Shown piece by piece: positions 8,606 through 17,049 of a DNA stretch of 38,159 nucleotides. The position numbers were made by a program, and so were the translations under genes. How positions within the stretch are numbered: the stretch's first letter is position 1; every line of letters starts with the position of its first letter. The stretch covers positions 1-38,159 of IMG/VR virus record IMGVR_UViG_3300045988_123528. One strand, 5' to 3'. The notes below the pieces were generated by a model. It ran no database searches. It was not told the origin of the DNA and saw only the letters and a list, made by a program, of their open reading frames with translations. The stretch comes from a virus. Its lineage: Duplodnaviria > Heunggongvirae > Uroviricota > Caudoviricetes.

Positions 8606-8940
8606 ACAGTTTAACAACACACTACCGTCGCTCGCAACTGATTGCACTTCCTGTACCGGGTGGAAAAGCGAAGGTGGAGTATTGCTATGCAGTGAATGTA
8701 CCAGGTGACAGGGAAATTGTAACCCACAGCTTTGCAGAGTGGGCTGTGGGTGATTTCAACCGGCAGAAGGAGACAGTCCTTTGCGACAAGTTAACCGCTG
8801 GTTCAAAGATCACTACGGAGTGCCCGTCAGAGTCATTCGTTGGGAGCCGGAAACACAACGGGTTATCTACCTCCGTGAAGGCTATGAACATGAATGCTTC
8901 AGTCCGGTCGAACAGTTTCGTCGTAAATTCAGGGAAATAG
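8602..8940 (+). CDS. Hypothetical protein, possibly the 5' part of a frameshift-split gene
   Basis: ATGA coupling to upstream gene; the C-terminal third looks non-protein-like. Confidence 0.3.
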   Translation: MNSLTTHYRRSQLIALPVPGGKAKVEYCYAVNVPGDREIVTHSFAEWAVGDFNRQKETVLCDKLTAGSKITTECPSESFVGSRKHNGLSTSVKAMNMNASVRSNSFVVNSGK

Positions 8941-8993
8941 AGGTCGGTCATGAGCCTGTTAATGACATCCCAGCCCATTGTGATAAATCGTGA
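8781..8993 (+). CDS. Hypothetical protein, possibly the 3' part of the same split gene
   Basis: Frame is -1 relative to 8602 ORF; TTG start with SD AAGGAG 7 nt upstream; protein-like composition. Confidence 0.35.
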   Translation: MRQVNRWFKDHYGVPVRVIRWEPETQRVIYLREGYEHECFSPVEQFRRKFREIEVGHEPVNDIPAHCDKS

Positions 8994-9942
8994 TCTTGCA
9001 TGCCGTATTGGTCTGAATGAGGCAATTGTGTTGCAGCAGCTTCATTACTGGCTGAATGAAACGAATTCAGGCACTGAGCATGGCGGAATTCGCTGGGTTT
9101 ATAACACGACAGAACAGTGGCTGGAGCAGTTTCCGTTCTGGTCAGAGTCCACTCTGAAACGCACATTTGCAAGCCTGAAATCACTTGGGGTTTTGCGTCG
9201 CGAGCAACTCAATAAATCGAAGCGTGACATGACCAACTTCTACACGATCAACTATGAAAGTGAGCTTTTAGAAGAGGTCAAAGTGAACGAATCCATCAGG
9301 TCAAAATGCACTTCTCCATCTGGTCAAAGTGACCTGATGGATGGGCGCAAAATGACACGATCCATTGGTTCAAAACGACACGCTGTCATCGGGTCAAAAT
9401 GGCCCAATGATCTTACAGAGAATACAACAGAGATTACTACAGAGAATAAAACCTCTTCTCGTCCGGACGCTTCGCAACCGGACACGCAAACGGCTGAACA
9501 GGAGTTTTTAACTCGCCATCCTGATGCGGTTGTATTCAGCCCTAAAAAGCGCCAGTGGGGAACGCAGGATGATTTGACCTGCGCACAGTGGCTCTGGAAA
9601 AAAATCATCGCCCTGTACGAGCAAGCCGCCGAATGTGACGGCGAGGTGGTTCGTCCCAAAGAACCGAACTGGACAGCCTGGGCAAACGAAATTCGCCTGA
9701 TGTGTGTGCAGGATGGTCGTACTCACAAACAAATCTGCGAGATGTACAGCCGCGTCAGCCGCGATCCGTTCTGGTGCCGTAACGTGCTCAGCCCGTCGAA
9801 GCTGCGGGAAAAATGGGATGAGCTTTCCCTGCGCTTATCGCCGTCCGTAAGCACGTACACCGAAAAACGCGAAGACCCGTACTTCAAATCCAGTTACGAC
9901 AACGTGGACTACAGCCAGATCCCGGCAGGATTCAGGGGGTGA
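8950..9942 (+). CDS. Replication initiator (O-like) with central iteron-encoding linker and DnaT-like C-terminal domain
   Basis: 330 aa; iterons inside the gene; C-terminal domain resembles DnaT-type primosomal domains (recognition-based). Confidence 0.65.
   Translation: MSLLMTSQPIVINRDLACRIGLNEAIVLQQLHYWLNETNSGTEHGGIRWVYNTTEQWLEQFPFWSESTLKRTFASLKSLGVLRREQLNKSKRDMTNFYTINYESELLEEVKVNESIRSKCTSPSGQSDLMDGRKMTRSIGSKRHAVIGSKWPNDLTENTTEITTENKTSSRPDASQPDTQTAEQEFLTRHPDAVVFSPKKRQWGTQDDLTCAQWLWKKIIALYEQAAECDGEVVRPKEPNWTAWANEIRLMCVQDGRTHKQICEMYSRVSRDPFWCRNVLSPSKLREKWDELSLRLSPSVSTYTEKREDPYFKSSYDNVDYSQIPAGFRG
9271..9470. repeat. Putative replication origin: five GGTCAAA(A/G)TG-type iterons plus AT-rich repeat tract
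   Basis: Iteron cores at about 9276, 9299, 9322, 9367, 9391 (mostly 23 bp spacing), then ACAGAGA-rich AT tract. Confidence 0.6.
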
Positions 9943-10433
9943 TCATGAGTCTGTTAAATGACGTTCAGAAATTCATTGAAGCCCATCCGGGGTGTACTTC
10001 CGGAGACATTGCGGATGCTTTTGCAGGTTACTCACGGCAGCGCGTTCTGCAGTCAGCAAGCAAGTTACGTCAGAGTGGGCGTGTGGCTCACCGTTGTGAA
10101 GGAGATACACGCAGACATTTCCCACGCCTGACTGAGAGAGCGCAGGAGCCGGAACCACAACCAGTTCGTGAAACCAGACCTGTGCGCAATTTCTATGTCG
10201 GCACTAACGATCCCCGGGTGATTTTGTGCCTGACCCGCCAGGCGGAAGAACTGGAGTCCAGGGGCTTATACCGTCGTGCTGCAACGGTGTGGATGGCGGC
10301 ATTCCGTGAAAGCCACTCCCAGCCAGAACGAAACAATTTTCTGGCGCGTCGTGAGCAGTGTTTACGGAAAAGCAGCAAGCGCGCTGTATCGGGTGATGAG
10401 TGGTATCTGTCAGGGAATTACGTGGGGGCTTAA
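9939..10433 (+). CDS. PerC-like (Pch-like) regulator
   Basis: ELESRGLYRRAATVWMAAF recalled as the PerC-family signature; family call unverified. Confidence 0.4.
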   Translation: MIMSLLNDVQKFIEAHPGCTSGDIADAFAGYSRQRVLQSASKLRQSGRVAHRCEGDTRRHFPRLTERAQEPEPQPVRETRPVRNFYVGTNDPRVILCLTRQAEELESRGLYRRAATVWMAAFRESHSQPERNNFLARREQCLRKSSKRAVSGDEWYLSGNYVGA

Positions 10434-11086
10434 TGAGTAATAAATATTGCCAGGAGTTGGTGGAACTGCGGAACAAACCAGCCCATGAACTGAAGGAAGT
10501 GGGTGATCAGTGGCGCACGCCGGACAACATTTTCTGGGGAATTAACACCCTGTTTGGCCCGTTTGTTCTGGATCTGTTCACTGACGGTGATAACGCCAAA
10601 TGTGCTGCGTATTACACGGCGGAAGACAACGCGCTGGCGCATGACTGGTCAGAACGTCTTGCGGAGCTTAAAGGGGCTGCCTTTGGTAATCCCCCATACA
10701 GCCGCGCCAGTCAGCATGAGGGGCAATACATCACCGGCATGCGTTACATCATGAAACATGCCAGTGCCATGCGTGATAAGGGTGGGCGCTATGTTTTCCT
10801 GATCAAAGCTGCCACCAGCGAAGTGTGGTGGCCGGAAGATGCGGACCATATTGCTTTTATTCGCGGGCGTATTGGTTTTGAACTGCCTGCCTGGTTTATC
10901 CCGAAGGATGAGAAGCAGGTGCCGACAGGCGCTTTCTTCGCTGGTGCTATTGCTGTTTTCGACAAGACCTGGAAGGGACCGGCAATTAGCTACATCGGGC
11001 GCGATGAACTTGAGGCATGTGGTGAGGCGTTTCTGGCGCAGGTTCGCCAGCAGGCGGAAAAACTGGTCAGGGAGATGGCGGCATGA
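10433..11086 (+). CDS. Phage DNA N6-adenine methyltransferase (orphan, Dam-like)
   Basis: WRTPDNIF...DLFTDGDN...AFGNPPYS motifs; start ATG overlaps upstream stop. Confidence 0.75.
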   Translation: MSNKYCQELVELRNKPAHELKEVGDQWRTPDNIFWGINTLFGPFVLDLFTDGDNAKCAAYYTAEDNALAHDWSERLAELKGAAFGNPPYSRASQHEGQYITGMRYIMKHASAMRDKGGRYVFLIKAATSEVWWPEDADHIAFIRGRIGFELPAWFIPKDEKQVPTGAFFAGAIAVFDKTWKGPAISYIGRDELEACGEAFLAQVRQQAEKLVREMAA

Positions 11087-11409
11087 CGACGTTAACTCAA
11101 TGCCAGCAGCAGGTGCTGGATATGCTGATTTCTTACCAGCAAGAACGTGGCTTCCCGCCAACTAATCAGGAGGTGGCAACCATGCTGGGATACCGTTCAG
11201 TGAATGCAGCGGTGGAGCATCTTCGCGCACTGGAGAAAAAAGGCGTCATCACGATAAAGCGTGGCGTGGCCCGGGGGATAACGCTTCATACCGCGGTGAA
11301 GGACGACGACAGCGAGGCGGTCGGGATTATCCGCGCACTGCTTGCCGGTGAGGAAAACGCAAGGCTGCGTGCAACCCACTGGTTACATGAGAGGGACCTG
11401 AAAGTATGA
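11083..11409 (+). CDS. LexA N-terminal DNA-binding-domain-like protein lacking the S24 peptidase domain
   Basis: 108 aa; QQVLDMLISYQQERGFPPTNQEVATMLGYRSVNAAVEHLRALEKKGVI closely parallels the LexA DNA-binding domain; no Ala-Gly/Ser-Lys module. Confidence 0.6.
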   Translation: MTTLTQCQQQVLDMLISYQQERGFPPTNQEVATMLGYRSVNAAVEHLRALEKKGVITIKRGVARGITLHTAVKDDDSEAVGIIRALLAGEENARLRATHWLHERDLKV

Positions 11410-11795
11410 AGCTGATCCTGCCTTTTCCGCCCAGCGTGAACACGTACTGGAGACACCCCAACAAAGGGGCGTTTGCTGGTAAGAGCCTGATAAGCGCGGC
11501 GGGGCGAAAATTCCAGAGCGCGGCGTGCGCAGCAATAGTTGAGCAGTTACGTCGTCTGCCGAAACCAACGTCGGCACCTGCTTCAGTGGAGATCGTGTTA
11601 TTTCCTCCGGATAACCGGATCCGCGATCTGGACAACTATAACAAGGCGCTGTTTGACGCCCTGACCCACGCGGGTGTGTGGGAAGACGACAGTCAGGTGA
11701 AAAGAATGCTGGTGGAGTGGGGACCGGTTATCCCGGAAGGGAAGGTCGAGATCACTATCAGTAAGTACGAGAAAACGGCGGGTGCAGCCGCCTGA
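11406..11795 (+). CDS. rusA: RusA Holliday junction resolvase
   Basis: 129 aa; LPFPPSVNTYWRH and RDLDNYNKALFDALT match RusA signatures. Confidence 0.85.
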   Translation: MKLILPFPPSVNTYWRHPNKGAFAGKSLISAAGRKFQSAACAAIVEQLRRLPKPTSAPASVEIVLFPPDNRIRDLDNYNKALFDALTHAGVWEDDSQVKRMLVEWGPVIPEGKVEITISKYEKTAGAAA

Positions 11796-11814
11796 TCAAG
11801 AGGAGAAACGAAGT

Positions 11815-12624
11815 ATGAATAATCTGATGGTCATTGATGGTATTGAAGTTCGTCGTGATGCTTATGGGCGTTACAGCCTGAACGATCTGCATCGCGCAGC
11901 AGTAGCATCTGGTGCAAATGCCAGAACCAAGGAGCCGGGGAAGTTTCTTTCCAGCCAACAAACTGTTGAGCTTGTTCATGAATTGACCAACACCCAGAAT
12001 TTGGGTGTTGACCCGGTGAGTGTGATTCATGGGGGAAATGAACGGGGAACTTATGTCTGCAAGGAACTGGTGTATGCCTATGCAATGTGGATCAGCCCGT
12101 CATTCCATCTGAAGGTGATCCGTACTTTCGATATGGTAACCAGCGCACCGGAAAAATTATCCGGACAGGCTGCTGACAAGATGCAGGCTGGTGTGATTCT
12201 GCTGGACTTTATGCGCCGGGAGTTAAACCTGTCTAACTCTTCAGTGCTTGGTGCCTGTCAGAAACTCCAGGAGGCTGTTGGCTTACCGAATCTGGCACCG
12301 CGCTATGCCATTGATGCTCCTGCTGATGCACACGATGGCTCAAGTCGCCCGACACTGTCACTGAGTGCACTGCTGAAACAGTATGGTATCCGCCTGACGG
12401 CTAATCAGGCATATCACCAGATGGTGAAGCTGGGGATCGTCGAGCAGCGCGAACGATACAGCCGTACCGCGATTAACAACATCAAAAAATTCTGGTCGCT
12501 GACAGCGAAAGGCTGCATGTTCGGCAAGAACATCACCAGTCCCGCAAATCCGCGTGAGACGCAGCCGCATTTCTTCGAATCCCGATTCCCTGAGCTGTTA
12601 AAGCTGCTCGATACCGTTCATTGA
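11815..12624 (+). CDS. KilA-N domain protein with antirepressor-like C-terminal domain
   Basis: KilA-N motifs (YVCKELVYAYAMWISPSFHLKVIRTFD); SD GAGGAG upstream of this ATG. Confidence 0.65.
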   Translation: MNNLMVIDGIEVRRDAYGRYSLNDLHRAAVASGANARTKEPGKFLSSQQTVELVHELTNTQNLGVDPVSVIHGGNERGTYVCKELVYAYAMWISPSFHLKVIRTFDMVTSAPEKLSGQAADKMQAGVILLDFMRRELNLSNSSVLGACQKLQEAVGLPNLAPRYAIDAPADAHDGSSRPTLSLSALLKQYGIRLTANQAYHQMVKLGIVEQRERYSRTAINNIKKFWSLTAKGCMFGKNITSPANPRETQPHFFESRFPELLKLLDTVH

Positions 12625-12625
12625 G

Positions 12626-13621
12626 GTGACTGTGAGAGCACTACTGACCCCTGAAATTGCCCCGCGTATGGGGATCGTATTGTTCAGACCAGGTTCAGAG
12701 CTGATGCCCCTGTTTATGCAGGGGCGTGTCCTGCTGGAGCCTGAGCCGGAACGTTATTCATCTTTCGCCAGTGGTGCCGTTCCGGCGGCATCACAACCGC
12801 TGGCGGATGATCCTGCCGTTCGGGCCGTGTTCCGCAATGAGGCAGTGATCCGTCGTGCTGGTGGAGTGGAATGTCTTGAAAGCTGGTTACTTCGTGAAAA
12901 AGGCTGCCAGTGGCCTCATTCCGACTGGCACAGCGAGAACATGACCACAATGCGACACGCTCCGGGTGCAATCCGTCTGTGCTGGCACTGCGATAACCAG
13001 CTGCGCGATCAGTTCACGGAACGGCTGGAATCAATGGCAACGGATAACTGTGCCCGCTGGGTGTTATCTGTTGTGCGCCGTGATCTCGGTTTTGATGATA
13101 GTCACGTTGTGACAATGCCGGAACTGTGCTGGTGGCTGGTTCGTAATGACCTGGCTGATGCCTTACCGGAAAGTGCAGCCCGTAAGGCACTGAGATTACC
13201 GAAGCCTGTTGTGCCGTCTGTCACCCGGGAGAGTGACCTTGTTCCTTCGGTTCCTGCCACCAGCATTATCCAGGATAAAGCGAAAAAGGTGCTGGCGCTG
13301 AAAGTGGATCCAGAGTCGCCGGAGTCTTTTATGTTACGCCCAAAACGTCGCCGCTGGGTTAATGAAAAGTACACGCGCTGGGTTAAGACACAGCCGTGTG
13401 CATGTTGTGGAAAGCCTGCTGATGATCCCCATCACCTGATAGGCCACGGTCAGGGTGGAATGGGTACAAAAGCGCATGACCTCTTTGTGTTGCCTTTGTG
13501 CAGAAAGCATCACGACGAGCTGCATGCGGATACCGTGGCATTTGAAGAGATGTATGGTTCCCAGCTGGAGCTGATATTTCGTTTTATCGATCGTGCGCTG
13601 GCAATAGGCGTACTGGCGTAA
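12626..13621 (+). CDS. DUF968-family protein with C-terminal Cys/His cluster
   Basis: 331 aa; CACCGKPADDPHH...LCRKHHDELH; GTG start, exact start uncertain. Confidence 0.5.
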   Translation: MTVRALLTPEIAPRMGIVLFRPGSELMPLFMQGRVLLEPEPERYSSFASGAVPAASQPLADDPAVRAVFRNEAVIRRAGGVECLESWLLREKGCQWPHSDWHSENMTTMRHAPGAIRLCWHCDNQLRDQFTERLESMATDNCARWVLSVVRRDLGFDDSHVVTMPELCWWLVRNDLADALPESAARKALRLPKPVVPSVTRESDLVPSVPATSIIQDKAKKVLALKVDPESPESFMLRPKRRRWVNEKYTRWVKTQPCACCGKPADDPHHLIGHGQGGMGTKAHDLFVLPLCRKHHDELHADTVAFEEMYGSQLELIFRFIDRALAIGVLA

Positions 13622-13634
13622 GTGGAGAACGAGC

Positions 13635-14387
13635 ATGAACCTTGAAGCCTTACCAAAATATTACTCCCCAAAATCTCCAAAATTGAGCGATGACGCACCG
13701 GCGACAGGCTCAGGTGGTTTAACGATTACGGATGTGATGGCTGCGCAGGGGATGGTGCAGTCGAAAGCACCGCTTGGGTTTGCCTTATTCCTGGCAAAAG
13801 TTGGTGTTCAGGATCCTCAATTTGCGATTGAAGGTCTGCTCAATTACGCGATGGCACTGGATAACCCGACATTGAACAAATTGAGTGAAGAAACCCGGTT
13901 ACAGATCATCCCTTACCTTGTGAATTTTGCCTTTGCTGATTATTCCAGGTCTGCGGCAAGTAAGGCTCGCTGTGAGCATTGTGCTGGTACTGGATTTCAT
14001 AATGTATTGCGCGAAGTGGTGAAACACTCCAGAAGCGGGGAATCTGTTATCAAGGAAGAGTGGGTGAAGGAACTATGTCAGCATTGTCATGGTAAGGGAG
14101 AAGTCAGCACAGCGTGCAGAGGGTGTAAGGGTAAAGGTATTGTCCTGGATGAAAAAAGGACCCGGCTTCATGGCACGCCTGTTTATAAGATTTGTGGGCG
14201 TTGCAATGGAAATCGGTTTAGCCGTTTACCAACCACACTGGCGCGGCATCATGTCCAGAAGCTGGTACCAGACCTGACGGATTATCAGTGGTACAAAGGA
14301 TATGCAGATGTCATTGATAAACTGGTGACAAAGTGCTGGCAGGAAGAAGCATATGCTGAGGCGCAATTAAGAAAAGTGACGAGATAA
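13635..14387 (+). CDS. Late antitermination protein Q (QuuQ-like)
   Basis: 250 aa, Cys-rich zinc-finger motifs; sits immediately upstream of a PR'/tR' unit and the lysis genes. Confidence 0.7.
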   Translation: MNLEALPKYYSPKSPKLSDDAPATGSGGLTITDVMAAQGMVQSKAPLGFALFLAKVGVQDPQFAIEGLLNYAMALDNPTLNKLSEETRLQIIPYLVNFAFADYSRSAASKARCEHCAGTGFHNVLREVVKHSRSGESVIKEEWVKELCQHCHGKGEVSTACRGCKGKGIVLDEKRTRLHGTPVYKICGRCNGNRFSRLPTTLARHHVQKLVPDLTDYQWYKGYADVIDKLVTKCWQEEAYAEAQLRKVTR

Positions 14388-14418
14388 ATGATTTTCGCCG
14401 AAGATGGCGACATGATTC

Positions 14419-14447
14419 TTGCATTTTTCAAAAAATTTGGTTAGGAT
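14419..14447 (+). promoter_or_regulatory. Candidate late promoter PR'
   Basis: TTGCAT-17 bp-TAGGAT, about 60 nt upstream of a terminator (qut/short-transcript arrangement). Confidence 0.45.
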
Positions 14448-14493
14448 TCTCCTAACGATGGGCTTTGTGTGTCTACCGTTGATAATCTTCAAG

Positions 14494-14517
14494 AAACCGC
14501 CACCGAGCGGTTTTTTA
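14494..14517 (+). terminator. tR'-like intrinsic terminator
   Basis: AACCGC CACCGA GCGGTT hairpin plus TTTTTT. Confidence 0.65.
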
Positions 14518-14675
14518 TTGATGTCAATTGTGTTTTTAAGGCTCTCCTTCCTTAAAGTGTGTTGTACAAAAAACTGGCAGCCAGCTACGCTCATTTTGAA
14601 AAAGTGACACCCTTCAATGTTTCTTTTGAATGGAATTGCTACCCATAAATCTCTATCAAAAACAGGAGAGCATAT

Positions 14676-14918
14676 ATGGTGGATCGTTGTTCTGTTTGTG
14701 AGCAGTCATTAAGTTATTCACGAGAAGTTGAACAAGATGGCGTTGAATATAAATCTTGCCCAAAATGTTCTGCTGATGCCGGAGTGCACGTTTTTTATAA
14801 AACAATAGACTTTGGTTATAGGGATATGGGAGACGGAAGGCATATCGTTCAGTCATGGTGTCCGGCTTGTCGTTCTGGTGAAAAACCTTCTATACCACCA
14901 GCATTTAAATGTTGTTAA
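14676..14918 (+). CDS. Small Cys-rich (CxxC x3) zinc-ribbon protein, moron between Q and lysis genes
   Basis: 80 aa; CSVC, CPKC, CPAC motifs; SD AGGAG; own terminator downstream. Confidence 0.5.
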   Translation: MVDRCSVCEQSLSYSREVEQDGVEYKSCPKCSADAGVHVFYKTIDFGYRDMGDGRHIVQSWCPACRSGEKPSIPPAFKCC

Positions 14919-14937
14919 CTCAATGAATTATAAAAAG

Positions 14938-14963
14938 AGGCTGCCTGTGGGCGGCCTTTTTTG
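14938..14963 (+). terminator. Intrinsic terminator after the Cys-rich ORF
   Basis: GGCTGCC TGTG GGCGGCC hairpin plus TTTTTT. Confidence 0.55.
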
Positions 14964-15049
14964 TGCACTACGCAACTTTTGCGACTCAGCGCTATAACCA
15001 GCTTCTTTCCCTTCACTCGTTGCACTTCCGATAACCGGAGGTGGGAATT

Positions 15050-15391
15050 ATGAAAATGCATAACGATCCTCATTCCTGGTCTGACTTACTTGAATTGTTA
15101 CAGAGCTGGTGGCGTGGAGACACACCGCTGGGCGCAGTAATTATGTCGATCGTTATGGCTGGCTTGCGCATTGCCTATTTTGGCGGTGGTGGTGGCTGGA
15201 AGCGAAAAACGCTCGAGATTTTGCTCTGCGGCGCTCTGACGCTGACTTTTGCATCCGCTCTTGAGTATGTCGGATGGCCTAAATCGCTTTCTGTTGCCAT
15301 TGGTGGTGGTGTTGGGTTGATCGGTGTCGATGCTATTCGTGGGGCTGCAATGAGAGTAATCGGTAACAAGTTCGGTGGCTCTAAGGAGTAA
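15050..15391 (+). CDS. Class I holin with lambda-S-like dual-start motif (MKM)
   Basis: Three predicted TM segments; Met-Lys-Met start; SD GGAGG 7 nt upstream. Confidence 0.7.
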   Translation: MKMHNDPHSWSDLLELLQSWWRGDTPLGAVIMSIVMAGLRIAYFGGGGGWKRKTLEILLCGALTLTFASALEYVGWPKSLSVAIGGGVGLIGVDAIRGAAMRVIGNKFGGSKE

Positions 15392-15394
15392 TTT

Positions 15395-15871
15395 ATGCAG
15401 GTACTAAATTCCCAGCGTAAAGCTTTCCTCGATATGTTGGCGTGGTCAGAAGGAACGGATAACGGGCGACAGCCAACCCGCAATCACGGCTACGACGTTA
15501 TTGTAGGTGGTGAGTTATTCACGGATTACTCCGATCACCCTCGCAAACTTGTCACGCTAAACCCCAAACTCAAATCAACAGCAGCCGGACGTTACCAGCT
15601 TCTTTCCCGTTGGTGGGATGCCTATCGTAAGCAGCTTGGCCTGAAAGACTTCTCTCCAAAAAGCCAGGACGCTGTTGCACTGCAGCAGATTAAGGAGCGT
15701 GGCGCTTTACCGATGATTGATCGCGGTGACATCCGTCAGGCAATCGACCGTTGCAGCAATATCTGGGCTTCACTGCCGGGCGCTGGTTATGGCCAGTTCG
15801 AGCATAAGGCTGACAGCCTGATTGCAAAATTCAAAGAGGCTGGCGGAACGGTCAGAGAGATTGAGGTATGA
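15395..15871 (+). CDS. R: Endolysin, lambda R-type lytic transglycosylase
   Basis: 158 aa, near-identical over most of its length to lambda R as recalled ([21 protein letters not shown]...). Confidence 0.95.
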   Translation: MQVLNSQRKAFLDMLAWSEGTDNGRQPTRNHGYDVIVGGELFTDYSDHPRKLVTLNPKLKSTAAGRYQLLSRWWDAYRKQLGLKDFSPKSQDAVALQQIKERGALPMIDRGDIRQAIDRCSNIWASLPGAGYGQFEHKADSLIAKFKEAGGTVREIEV

Positions 15872-16335
15872 GCAGAGTCACCGCGATTATTTATGCTCTG
15901 GTTATCTGCATCATCGTCTGCCTGTCGTGGGCGGTCAATCATTACCGTGATAACGCCATCGCCTACAAAGAACAGCGTGATAAAAAAGTCAGTGAGCTGA
16001 AGCAGGCGACCGCCACCATTACTGACATGCAGATGCGTCAGCGTGATGTTGCTGCGCTCGATGCAAAATACACGAAGGAGTTAGCTGATGCGAAAGCTGA
16101 AAATGATGCTCTTCGGCGCAAGCTTGATAATGGTGGTCGGGTGCTCGTCAAAGGAAAATGCTCTGTGCCATCCTCAGCCGAAACCTCCAGCGCCTCCGGC
16201 ATGGGCAATGATGCCACCGTCGAACTCTCTCCAGTTGCTGGACGAAACGTTCTCGGTATCCGGGACGGAATTATCCGCGACCAAACAGCACTGAGAACGC
16301 TTCAGGAATACATCAGGACGCAATGCCTTCGATGA
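15868..16335 (+). CDS. Rz: Rz i-spanin
   Basis: N-terminus [30 protein letters not shown] matches lambda Rz. Confidence 0.9.
   Translation: MSRVTAIIYALVICIIVCLSWAVNHYRDNAIAYKEQRDKKVSELKQATATITDMQMRQRDVAALDAKYTKELADAKAENDALRRKLDNGGRVLVKGKCSVPSSAETSSASGMGNDATVELSPVAGRNVLGIRDGIIRDQTALRTLQEYIRTQCLR
16088..16294 (+). CDS. Rz1: Rz1 o-spanin lipoprotein, embedded in Rz in the +1 frame
   Basis: KLKMML...VVGC lipobox followed by a proline-rich segment, wholly inside Rz. Confidence 0.85.
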   Translation: MRKLKMMLFGASLIMVVGCSSKENALCHPQPKPPAPPAWAMMPPSNSLQLLDETFSVSGTELSATKQH

Positions 16336-16698
16336 TAGCGATAATTTTACTCATCATCCTTCACATTTGGCTCTGTAGACAGGGTGGTGATCACTTCTGG
16401 AGTGAATCCAGATTAAATATCTCATTGCTGATGCTTGATATTGAGCATCTTGCGCGCGGTAAGGGGCTGCGTTGAGATAAGAGCCAGTCATTACAAATAC
16501 CAGGATTTAGCCTCGTATTCGCGGGGCTTTTTATTGTCATTACAAAAGCCACTCCCTACAGAGTGGCTTTGATAATGGTTTATACCCTACACGGGATAAC
16601 TTAACTGATATCCCTTTTAACGGATAAACGGAGCCAACAATGGCAGAGAATGTCGGCATTATGGCAGTTAAATTTGGATAAATCGGAGATTAGTACAT

Positions 16699-17049
16699 AT
16701 GCCGCCACGAATCCCGAAAGCCTGCCGTGCTCGAGGTTGCCGTAATACCACCACTGACCCGTCAGGCTATTGCGAAAGCCACAAAAGCGAAGGCTGGAAG
16801 CAATACAAACCTGGACAATCCCGTCATCAGCGCGGCTACGGTTCGAAGTGGGACAGTATCCGCGCGCGTGTCCTGAAGCGTGACAAAGGCCTGTGTCAGT
16901 TATGTCTGCGTTCTGGTGTGGTGCGTGAGGCGAAAACTGTTGACCACATCATCCCTAAAGCGCATGGCGGCACTGATGCTGACAGTAATCTGCAGAGTCT
17001 GTGCTGGCCGTGTCATAAGGCGAAGACGGCCCGTGAACGGTTAAAGTGA
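16699..17049 (+). CDS. HNH endonuclease (terminase-associated)
   Basis: Cys-rich HNH motifs (CQLC...DHIIPKAHGG...CWPCH); directly upstream of the terminase genes. Confidence 0.8.
   Translation: MPPRIPKACRARGCRNTTTDPSGYCESHKSEGWKQYKPGQSRHQRGYGSKWDSIRARVLKRDKGLCQLCLRSGVVREAKTVDHIIPKAHGGTDADSNLQSLCWPCHKAKTARERLK

Noticed and set aside
9271-9410. Possible CRISPR-like repeat array
   Set aside because: Repeats are about 10 bp cores at 23 bp spacing inside a coding gene with an adjacent AT-rich tract, which is the iteron-origin pattern; no cas genes.
14390-15040. Known toxin or virulence cargo (Shiga-toxin-like, bor, lom) downstream of Q
   Set aside because: Only the small Cys-rich ORF is present; no sequence resembling those genes.
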